DNA from: Octopus bimaculoides
Taxonomy: Eukaryota
Length of the DNA stretch: 64,000 nt
Reading direction: 5' to 3'
Assembly: GCF_001194135.2 (NCBI RefSeq)
Contig: NC_068981.1
Coordinates: 191,465,024-191,529,023 of the forward strand
The position numbers and the translations under genes are program-made. Below the pieces are notes generated by a model. That model ran no database searches. It worked only from the letters and a program-made list of their open reading frames with translations, and had not been told where the DNA came from. Position 1 is the stretch's first letter. Each line of letters starts with the position of its first letter. Shown here piece by piece: positions 24,021 to 36,144 of the stretch.

Positions 24021-25047
24021 TAGACAGATTATATTCATTAATAATATATATAGCAGTACTAACCTAACCACACAATTTTATAGATGAATAGATGGATTAT
24101 ATCTATTAAATAATGTACGTATATAATATATAACTACAAACTAATCACACAATTATTTATATTAATAGATTATATTCATTAAATACAATAAGCGTTTGTA
24201 TTTATATCAAATATATACGTATAGTACAAAACTAGGTGTGTTAGGTTTATTGTAGTAACACTATATTTTACATGACAATTAAAATACTTGTTTAATTGTG
24301 GATTTAAATCTGTTTACGTTAGCTATTGAAGATTTCACTTCCTTATTATAATATCATCCACCTACAGAAGTTTTAGATTATTTTTTCGATAGCTATCTCA
24401 ACATTTTTTCTTATATTTTATATTTGGATCTTATTAAACAGCATCAGTTAAATACTTCCATCTTAATATAACTGTTGCCCTTGCTTTTTTTATTATTATT
24501 CTGTGAAAGCCATTGAATTTTATCCTTACCTGCATTAATTATGTTAAATTTAGAAATAAAACTCGTTTAAAATGATTTACGATGACTTTCTTTACGAAGG
24601 TAACAGTAACATTTTTTTTTTGCAAATGGTTTCCTTTTTTCTGCTTAAGAATCCTGAAGTATTACATTTACATTTATTTCTGCGAGCTTTATGTCTGCTC
24701 TCTTTAATAAATTCAACCACCTCTAGTGGAACAAAACAAGCGAAAATATCTAAACTATTTCGTTTATATTTCCATACAAAACTTGGGATACTGTATTCCG
24801 TGATGGAAATCGTTATGGTAACAATTAAAAAAGAAAAGAATGTGATGATTAAAAATCATTTCGCCATCTGTAAAATTGTGAATTTCCAATTTCATCGGTG
24901 GATGAGGTGACATGTTGGGAGTTCAATTGACAAAATAATGTTTAGTGAAGAAGGGATCAGGTTTTAAAATGATCTGTTGTCTAGAATCAAAAATAGATAT
25001 ACACTAGCAGACTGTTTTGACAATTGCTTCAAGATATTTATACATAC

Positions 25048-25097
<50 letters not shown>

Positions 25098-28000
25098 GTG
25101 GGATTTAGTGCTGTCTTATAATTTCTGTATTGTCACTTAAATGTCTAAATAGGTTGCTAGTTTCTCATTACTCAGATTTTTAGCTCTGATAATGGCAATT
25201 GTTCAAACAGCTAGCTACTTAAAAGCAATTTCAATTATTCACTGGTTCGGCAAATTTTAGACTCCTCCGGTTTGCTCTGTATTTAACTATGACCTTTATT
25301 TTCTGATCAGATTAAAGTGGATAGTAAAAAGAGGAGTTTCACTTATTTTTAGCTTGTATTTAATTTTACTTTTCAATCGAATCGGTTACATTAAAAAAAA
25401 AAGTCCACAACTAACAGTTTGTAATTAAAAAAATATTATCAATTGCAGTAAATACTCTGGTTTGTAGGGGAGGTTTTTTTTTGGTTTTTTTTTTTACTAC
25501 TGCGTTTGTTTGGATGTCGAATTTTTGTTGCTATGGCTTGATATTTTACGACTGGTCTTAATTTTACATTTACCATTTATGAGGATTTAAATTTATGAAT
25601 TCTAAGTGACTGCTTACATTGCTTAGCATCAAAACATCTGAGTGAAGAATGCCATTTTTTACTGTAAAGGTCTCCAAGACATTTTATAAATCCATTTCAT
25701 CGTTCATGTTCAAATTAAATATCTATTGCTAAATAAACTTTATTATGGATCATTTATGAATATTTAACATTTGATATTGTACTTTGCTTTATAAATCTAG
25801 AATGAAACTACCATTTTTCTCTTTCTCTCTCTACTTCTACTCTCACCGTCTTAGAAGGTCATGTCAGGTTTTACAGGCATTGAGAAATCAGATAACAGCT
25901 TCCATGATAATTTCATATCGGACAGTATTCTAATGAAAAGCATCCTACATTGTATATGAACATTTTGATAACTGGCTATCAACAAAATTCCAGTTTCTTA
26001 TACAAGTTACAGATTCTCTCCCTCTTCCTACATGTCTTCCATAACTTATTTCATTCTGACTTGATGAAGAGGTATAGTTATATTTTCTGAATTAGTTTCC
26101 TTGATCAATTTAGGCCTATGGCACACACATTATAAAACGATTAGGTGTGTGTGTGTGTATATATATATATAATCAATTGTTCTGGATCACACTGCATACT
26201 GACATGCAGTAGTCTATTAGATGTGGCACAGTGTAAAAATCTGGGCGTCCATTTTTCTTTCCTTCCAATATCCATTGTCCAATTTGTTTTTCTGTGCCAA
26301 TAGGTTCTGGTAGAAGCCAGAAGCTGACAAAGTTGTTGCTTCTCTGCATTTATCGTCTAGTTGAATGTTCTCACACAACATTTGAGGTTATTGTATTTGT
26401 GTTTCTTTTTTCTTTTTTTTTTTTTGTTTGTTTGAACTGAATGGAAGAAAAAGTTTTTAGAATGGTGCTTGAGTGTGACTGCACATGTAGTAACAAGGGC
26501 TGTGAGTTGAAATTTGTTATAGCCAAAGACTATATCGCTGTTTAATTTGAAGGATCTTTCTCAGTGAAGAGATTTTTCATATCCAATCCCCAATGCTAAT
26601 AAACAGAAAATTATATTTGGAATTTGTCATTTAATAATGATGATAATTTAAAATCTTTGCAATGGACATGACTTTTGTTTTTATATATATATATAAATTT
26701 TCTTTAGTTCTTTTTAATTAAACACAAAAACAAAAGCTTTAATACAATATTATTTGCCTTTGTATATCATTGCTACAGACTCTCTTCAGAAATAGAAACC
26801 CAACTTTCCCTCAAATTATTGTTTCTTTAACCAGAAAGGATGCATTAGATAAACGTAATTCAGTGAGCAATTGATGGTTCACTGCACCTAAATGCATATG
26901 ATGAGCACAGAAGTTGCTTGTCACTGAATTCTCAAAACAGCAAAACTGTATAGTAAAGCAGATGTCTGTCTATGTGACCTGAACTAGAAGACTGTGATTG
27001 GTTAAAAATTATACAATCAAGATGGTGGTGTAAAATTTCTTTAAGGGACCTCAGCTCCAGTTTTATTGTAACTAACAGGCAACCTTCTTCAGACTTGGTA
27101 ACCTTCATCAACAACAAGATGGAGTGGATCATTTTCTCAAATATATAGTGGATTTGAATTTCTGAGGTGGTGGGATCTCCAAGCTACAGTTTTAAATAAT
27201 TTTTTTTAAAATTAGTTTTCCAATAAAATGAATCAAATTTTTATTCTCTGTTTAATTTTGAAGATTAAAATCTGTTAAACATTAAAAACACAAAATGATG
27301 CATGGGTGTTTCTCTTCCGTTTCTCCTCCCCTCCCCCTCTTTATTAGGTGTCCCTTGAGGTATATTAACTCTTTTGTATTGTAGAAAAGTATATCTAATA
27401 AATTGCTTTTGAACTTTAAGTAGAAATATTTTTTGAAAGTAATTTCTTGATATTAAGAAGTAAATTCTTCGTAACTATATTTCAGGTGCATCAAAGCAAG
27501 GTCATAAATCAACATTATTGCATGTCAACTACATTCATAACAATATATGTGAAAAAAACATTTCATATTAATTATTGAAATATTTATAATCATACATTAA
27601 AATGAACAATTTAGGAAAAGTTAAATTTTTTTTTCCATATCTGATATTTGTTATTACAGACATGCCTAAAAATATTCCAGCTAGTGTGTATTCTCAAATG
27701 GATATCTCTTCGATTTTGCTCCCTTTTTAAAAATTATACCTGAAGGCATAGATGGAAGTAATAGAATTATCTATTCTGCAGAGTAGTTTATTTCTATGAT
27801 GCTGTACTGCCATTTTCAAAACAAAAAGACAACCTTTAGATTGTCATCTCTCACTTAGCTGATCATACTTTAGTTCTTAGCTTTGTAAATAAAGATTTAA
27901 TTGTTGGTCATATTAATCAAATTGAGGATTTAAAAAATTAACTGCAAATTACTTTATATTTTTAAATAATTCAATTTAGCTCATCAGGCATTGTTTTTTT

Positions 28001-30344
28001 AATTTTTTTTTTATAGCACCTCTCTAGATAAGTGTTGATTTTTCTATTTGTCTTTTTTTTTAATAATGGTACAGAATTTAATAAAATTCATCATAATGTT
28101 AAAATATATAATTAATATATGTGAAACATTTTAAGCATTGTTCTCTGGTTAAATTGGTTATGGTGTTGCAGTTCTGATCTGTGTATACACTAATCATTGC
28201 CAAAGCATTGTATTGAGTCTTTGAGTGAGGCATTGTTGTCTACTTACTGTAGTTTAGTTGGATGAAAAATTTTAGTTAAGTCATTTGACTGTAAAACAAC
28301 ACTGCAAGAAAAAAACAACCAGCCATCAGAAAAACTACATGTATTTCTCTAGTGATTTCCATCCCAAATTCAGTCATGGACCAATACTATCTTAATATTG
28401 AGGGAATATATGCTATAGCAGGCAGGTATGTCAGCTGTGCAATAAGATTAATGCAAAACCTATATGCTATATTTAATGATAGAATGATAAAATAACTTAC
28501 GTGTCAATGTTTGTAAAAGTGACCTAGTCTGTTGTCATATGATATCAAACTGTGCATAAAGGTTTATGTTTTAGATTTTTGCATGAGTTGGTATCTGAAA
28601 TCTGATCAATAACAATTGAGGATTTCTATTGTTTAAAGATGTCAACCAAGTACAACAAATGTGTAATCTCAATGCACACAACTGTTTTTGGTGTTAAGGC
28701 AGTGTTTGAATTAGAGGAAAGCTGAATCCATGACTTGATTACCAGTGTAAATTCATCTGTTTTGATTAGTCTTTATTATTTTCACTGATAGAATGTGGAC
28801 GGACTCAGAATTGCATTTGACCTGACATATGAAAGTACCAAGTTTTGAGCCAAGAATTTGCACTGCATCATTTCATACTAGATGTTATTTTTGAAGGACG
28901 CTGAGATTTATTGAGATAATCCAGTCAATCAAGAGCCAGTAATTTTCATATACTAAACTATGGAATTTCTTTCTGCATAAAATCCCTGTAGAAAGGTGTT
29001 GTCTGTGTTGCCAGCTAAGGGTTTTTATCTCTATGCAAAAACAACTGTTCTTTTACTCAAATCCTTATCATTGCTTTTAATGTCCACTTTTCCATGCTAT
29101 CAAGTAATAGGTCAAACTATGGCTGGTTGCTCTTCTTGTCACCAACATCTCATCAATTTTCCAAATAAAATAACGTTTTTCCATGTTTGCACAGAAGATT
29201 GGAAGTGAAGGACACAACTTGTACAATATGACTCATTCACAACCATCCTGTAATTTCAAGACAAGAAGACACTAACACACACATAACCATGTGTGTGTGT
29301 GTGTATATTCATATATATCAGGTTTCTTTCAGTTACCAGTGCTTTGGTAGAAGACACCCACCGAAAATGCTATACAGTAGGACTGGGCTTAAATGCTTGG
29401 TTGGGAAGCAAGTTTAATCACACAGCCACACTGTGTGATTAAACAGTTTCTTTTAAAATTGTGATTGGCAACTTTATCAGTCTAATCACTACAGCTATAG
29501 TGTGTTTTGAATTATGTTTAGCAAGCTTTGAGCTGTTTGCCTTTTAACTTCCTGGTTGTCATATATATCGCAAAAGTAGCCAATTATAAAAAAAAGCGTT
29601 TTATTCATTAATTAGTAATGTTTTGCAGAGTTGAGGTTTTTCTTTCCCCCCCCCCCCCTGGCAGTTATGTATCTTCTGCTACACATTAACTGCTTAGATT
29701 CAACATATATTTATACATTAAAGACAAAAATATTTCTGCTTATAACTACTAAATATAGACTGAAGAGTTTTCCATCATACATTGTAGCAGCATATTTTTC
29801 CATATTTTTCTAGTTATTAAACCTAATTTCTGGACTCTGTGATTTTGGAATAATTATATGGATGATTTTTTTTTTTTTTTTTTTTTTAACTAGTTAAAGA
29901 ACTTTAGAGAAAGCTTGATATTCAAAAGCATTACCTGGAAGCAAAGAGTATATAGTTAAAGTAAGGGTATTTTTTATTTTTTTCACCTGAGTTCAACTTT
30001 GCTTTTCATCCCTCTGGAGCTGATAAGATGAAGTACCAGTCAAGTAATGGAGGTCATTGATATTGACTAACTCCCTCCTCCTCTCAGGGTTACTGGTCTT
30101 AGCACCTAAATTAGAAACTATTACTATTACTGGCAAAGATCTTGCTGACTGCTATAATTTGTTTAAAAGTCATCATCATAACATCTGTTTCTCTCTTGAA
30201 GCATGAATTGAATGGATTACCTCAGTATGTCTTTTATCATTCACTATGCATGCTTCACTGGAAAGAGACAACTTTTATTCCTCATGATGACAACAGATTT
30301 GAAATAGAAATAAATTTCATTTTCTACTATGTGAAGCAAAAAGC

Positions 30345-30527
30345 GTGATGGTTCTCAAAATGCACCCAGTACATTTTGTAAAGGGATTGGGATTAGGAAG
30401 GGCATTCAACTGTAGAAACCATGCCAAAACAGACATTGGTACCAGGTTGGTTCCTAGCCTTGCTAGCTCCTGCCGAACCATGCAACCCATACCAGCATGG
30501 AAAACGAACATTAAATGATGATGATGT
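30345..30527 (+). mobile_element. RTE-tail short element in SETD2 intron 1
   Basis: TTAGGAAGGGCAT-CA-CTGTAGAAACCATGCC...CCAGCATGGAAAACGAACATTAAATGATGATGATG. Confidence 0.8.
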
Positions 30528-31864
30528 TTCCTTCATTTGACCCATGTGAATAACTTATTTTGGAAATGTTGCTTCTTGTAAAATTAGCATGTGTCAGAGT
30601 ATTCCACAGACTTTCATCCAAATCACCATGACACAATGTGACAATTGCAAGAAAGAGGGAGGTGGGGAGTGGACCTTAGTATTGGACTGCTATTTAATTT
30701 ATCAGTTCTGAAAGGATAAAAAGCAGAGTTGATTTCAGCATGATTTAAAGTTAGAATGCAGACAGCCATAGCAAATACCAACAATAATTAATTATATCAT
30801 GATTACTTTGACAAATAAACTCTTGCATGAACGAATACATCAAGGAGACAATATTTAATAATAGTGTGACCACCTTTTATGCGGAGAACTGTTTCTAAAG
30901 TTTGTTTTTTCTTTTAAATGTACCTGCAATACCTGTGAGATGTTATGGTGAACAGCAGCTAGGATCTGAGATAATGTCTGGTGCTGTTAGTAAATGTCAG
31001 CTGTTAAATTACCTCCCTTTATAGAAGTGGAACGTTAATGTTTTATATAGTTCCTCCCACTTCAGTCTCCTGACCACGTATGTGGCAGCTAACCAGTCGT
31101 CATTGCAATACAGTAAGACAAAATGTTCTCAGTTGTACATTGTGGGCATTTCAATTATAACAACTATTTTAGTAGCTACAGAAAAAAAATTAATATGATG
31201 AGCTATCAAATAATGAATAATGAGTCATATACTTATTTATTCCTGTTGTGAAATTAGAGGCCACATGAGGACTAGAAATGAGGATCAAACCAATCAGTTT
31301 ATAGTGAAACTTAGTACTTATGGATATTGTTATATTTATTTATTCATAATACTTGTTGGTACTGTAGTAGTTGATAAGCAATTCAGGCTATAATTATCTG
31401 AAAATTACAAAAGTCCACTGAACATATGTTAAGCGTTGTTTACATGATTTCCTCTATAACAAGTAGTAATTGTGGAAAGCTATAGACAGTAGATAAGACC
31501 TGTTATCTGAGTAGTATTGTTGACAGCCTGGCATTAGCATAAATAATGGTGGAAAGATGAAAATTATGTAAAGTTGATATGCTAAACTAATATAACATAT
31601 TGTTAATATTGTCTGTTGTGGTAGGCTTAACCACTTGAGAATTATGTTATATTTGCAACTAAAGAAAATTAAGTATGCATTAGTTGAAGCCTGAACAAAC
31701 AATTTTTTTTTTACCATTCTAACATAAGTGGGAATAATTTTAAAATATTATATCCCCAGTTTTTCTTAGCCAGACGTTTCTCACTTTAAAATTTGGCATT
31801 TGAAAAATTGCTAAACTGTAAACTAGTTGCCCTAACAATTGTTTAAAAGAAACTGTTTACACTT

Positions 31865-31895
<31 letters not shown>

Positions 31896-32699
31896 CTATA
31901 TATATATTGGCACAGTAGTTTAACAAATTACTAAAGTTTTGATCAAGAGTTATGTACCTTCTCTAAGCCTAGTGACAGCTAATCTCAGTGGAACATTTTA
32001 AAAAAAGAACAAGATGGAGATTGTTATAGGATACTACACGATTTTTGATATTAGGGATAGATGAGTCAGTGATTGCATTGACATTATTTGATTCTCTTAC
32101 AGACAAAAGTGATTAAGTTTTTTTTTTCCTTGTTAACTTAGGATCACATAGTATGATTACTTGGTGAAAATATTTGGGATATATGTGAAGTTTGACCTCT
32201 GGAAATTAGTGCAAGTAATGTGAAGTTAGATAAATTGGCAATAAAATGTTAACTGCATTAAAACAGTTAAATGTTACTTCTTTTAACAACACTTAGTATA
32301 GCTTTAATCATGTTTTGTTATGTAACAAAAAGAAATATGTTGATTATTATAGTAGAAACAATGATGACCTGAACAATGATTTGCTCGATATAGTAAATAG
32401 TTCCTTCTGTTACTTAATCGACATAATCGATGTTGAAGGAGACTAACTGAAATAAAGAGCAGGTAGTAACAAAAAGGAGCTAAAATTTCTTTTGAGAAAA
32501 CAGATATCCAAATTTTGTCTGAATTTCTGATATAAAGAGTTATTATTATTTTTGAACATGTAATATTAGGAAAAGACTTGTTTAATCAATCCACAAGGTA
32601 AATTAATTATTCTCATTTGGTTGTTACCCATATACCCAAGGAAGGAGATTACAATGACCATAACCAAGATTAGGAATCTAGTTCAATTATATCAGTATA

Positions 32700-33000
32700 T
32701 CATAAGAGGCCAAACAAAATGGGGATGGTACTGAAGCACGTCATGTTGAGCTGTGTGTAGTGGAATGAGGCGACTAGGATTTCTACAAAACCAGAGTGCA
32801 AATGAGTTGAAAGAATACCTACTAATGTATGCCAGTATGGATGATGAATGCTGGGTATAATACAAGTTGATGATAGCAGAAGGTATGGTAAAGTGAGATC
32901 TTAAAATAAGATGACAAAACAAAGACTTGGCAATATATTGCAGAACAGGCTATCCAGCCCACAACAGTGTAGAAAATGGGTGTTAAAATCTTGGTGAGGA
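32700..33000 (+). mobile_element. Very degenerate RTE ORF2 C-terminal fragment
   Basis: Resembles the RLRW.GHV.RMDDE..VK..L region of the RTE copies; many stops. Confidence 0.45.
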
Positions 33001-34679
33001 GTGCGTGTGTAAGGATTTAATAAAATGTTTGCTAGATGTTTTCAAAGTTCATTAGCCAAGTAATATCACAAGCTTTTCAAATAAAACTGATGATATAGAA
33101 TAAATGTAATATACATTAATCAATGAGAATAGATGAAATTTAAGTTTAGAGAAATGACACAAAAATGGTGTCAAATGCTTTACAAGAGATGTTTTTTTTG
33201 TCTTTTAGGTGTGGCGTAAATGTAACTTATGTTTATGTGGACTTTCTTCGATTTTTTTTTTTTTACATTGAAATTAATGGATGAAAATACTTGGCTAAGC
33301 AAGTTGCACAAACTAATCCTTTGTACAAATGAATCATTTGTATGGAGACAATCAATTTATGTTACACTCCACTTTTCTTATTGTCAGATACCATATTTTC
33401 TTTTTCGTTTGATCGAATCTATTCTACCAGACCACCAAAGTAGGATAATTTTTATACAAAAAAAAATCATTCAGAAGCAAGAAAGGTTTTTTTTTTTTTA
33501 TTTAAATGTTTATGTTACTCTCTTAAATATAAAGAGAAATATGCTTTGTCATGAAATGACATTTATTTTTCTGATCCCCTCTTCCCTGAAATAGAAAATA
33601 TATACTTCAAATAGATTTATGATTTACATCAGTTTCCAGTAATTAAATCCTTAGTATTTTAATTTCTAAAGAAATAATTATGCACTTTCATAATATTCGA
33701 AGACTTAAAACTAAAGATTATCGTACAACATAAACTGGCTTTTTGTAGAAGCACTGATACATAGAAGTCAAGCTAAACATTATTTTTTCCTTTATCCCTT
33801 TCACAATGATAATTTATTCTGGTAAAACTTACATAATAGAACATGCTGTTTGTTGTCTTCTTGTTACTAATTACACCTTGCATACATGTTAACTAGGATC
33901 ATTTAGATAACCACTAATTTGTAATCTAATATTTTGACTATATCAAGATAATAATTTATTTTTTGAAATGGACTTGTTATATATTTTAATTATCCTTTCA
34001 CTCTCTTAATACTCAAATTGATTCTAAGCTAATCTACCTAGTGCTAATACTTCAGGTTTAGTGATTAAATTTTTTTTTTATTAATGTGAGAATTGTCAAA
34101 GAAAGAAAATTAATTATATGTCTTTGTGTTGAATTAAGTACTACATGCAATCATTATTGCACATTTTTCTGTCTTTTATTCCTAGGAGTTGTGTGCCACC
34201 AAGCACAGGCAGACTTGCTGATATTGTCTTTATTTTTTTCTTCTTAGTCTTGTCTAAATATATCGTCAGTTGGAATGTTTGCAGATGACTGGCATTCCTT
34301 TCGATGTACCTAGCTTCAGGTTGCTTTGTCCTTCGAAACTGGTTATCTCTGGTCACTGCAGAAAGCTAAACCATCACAGATCTCTCTCTATCCAATAACA
34401 TCATCTACAACTAATAAATCTAGATATCTTTTAACCATGGCAACAGTTGCTGACTGAGACTTGCTAGTCATGGTGCTGTCATTAGGAATAAGACTGGAAT
34501 TGGCTTCATTATCACTGAACAGATCTCTGTGTTTGTAAATGTGCTCTTTATCATGAAAAGATAAATCCTGAAATTGCAGGAAATTCACAAAACAAAGTTA
34601 GCCAGGTAGCTGAGAAAATCATTTAAAAAAAATGATTTCATTGTTCCCATTTTGAGTTCAAGAAATATTTCATTTTATC

Positions 34680-35050
34680 TTTTAGCATCCACTATTCCAT
34701 GTTTGCATGGGTCAGACAAAATTTGTTGTGGCAGATTTTTTATGGACTGATGCACTTTTGTCACCAACACTCGTTTTCACTAAAACTAATATTTCCCCAT
34801 TGCATGTTTCCATGTAATATTGGAAATGTTTGATGGTGGTGCTCGTTTATCGCAGGATGTCAACCTAAGGGAGATAACCACACACGACGGTTTTTTTTGT
34901 TTTTTTTTCAGTTTGCATGTGTCAAATCCACTCAAATCTTTTTTGGTCAACCCAAGGCTATTGGTGCTTACCTAAGAAATCTATAGCCTTGATGAACAGA
35001 AAAGCCATGTGCTTGGGAAGTGAACTTCTTGACCACATGGCCATGGCCAG
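34680..35050 (-). mobile_element. Degenerate SINE in SETD2 intron 1
   Basis: TTCCATG-TTGCATGGGTCAGACAAAATTTGTTG-GGCAGATTTT ... GTCAAATCCACTCA ... TTGGGAAGTGAACTTCTTGACCAC, same layout as copies at about 10745, 13270 and 16720. Confidence 0.7.
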
Positions 35051-36144
35051 CCTATTTCAAATATGTATGTATTTCTAGAGCAGGGTTTTATTTACTGTGA
35101 ACTTGAGATTTGTTTTCAATTATGATCTGTTCATAAATCATTTACAAAAGTTCCAAAAGATGCAGCTACTATTAACAACTACTCCATTTCTTGGTATCCT
35201 TGAGCTTAGTGTCATAACTACTGCTTACATTTGTAAACTTGGACATAGAGAGCTAAAAGCTCCAAGCTTCAGTATCATCTTTGTATACAGTGCAAGACTA
35301 AGTTATTGATTACCATTTTGATCCATTATTGCAAGATCGTTAACATCTAGCAGCTCTCAAGGACACTTATCCCTGATTTTTGTGAGCATATCTCAATAAT
35401 AATGAAAGGCATGGACTTTAAAAGTCCTCACATCAAAACAAGGACCAAATAGGTTTACATCTCTTGACACCCAATCAATATTTTCTGTAGATCAAAATAT
35501 GTGATGGAAAACTTTTAATTTTCAAAAGTGCTTCTTGTGAAGGCTTCATTGCTTGTGTCAGTTTAACACACCTTTTCAACTGAACAGTTTTATACAAGTT
35601 CTTTTGTTCTTACAATTTGATTATGCCTTGAAGACAGACATACTAACCATCAATACAAATGGTTAAAAAAATATTGTTGACACTGTATAAGTTGTTATAT
35701 AGATCCAGCATTTTAAAGTGAAGCAATAGAATTTAGCTACTTGAAAAATTGTAGTACAAGGAATGTAACTATTAGTTAATCTTAAAATAATAAACATTTC
35801 TCCCTCCCACCTTCTCCTCTCTCTCTGAGTAAGAATTGGAAATATCTTTCTACATTGTTTAATATTAATTAAGAATATATTGTTTCTTCGCTACTTTCAT
35901 AATTACCTGCCATATAATTTGTTGAATATTAACTATGCTGTTAGCTTTGTAAGACAATTGGTTAAGATGTTTAGGTTTGCAAATTTCTTTTTTCTGCATT
36001 ACATGTGTTCTTAAATTCATTTGATTAATTGATAATAACTAGATTTTAGTAATGTTGTTAATGCCAAATTTTACTGTAAATGAAAAAAATGTTTCTTAAA
36101 TATTACTTTACATAATTTTCTTATTTGTTTGTTTATTGTTTCAG

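Noticed and set aside
26299-26378. Possible cassette exon in SETD2 intron 1 with early stop
   Set aside because: Acceptor plausible but donor (GAG|GTTATT) weak; not distinguishable from background.
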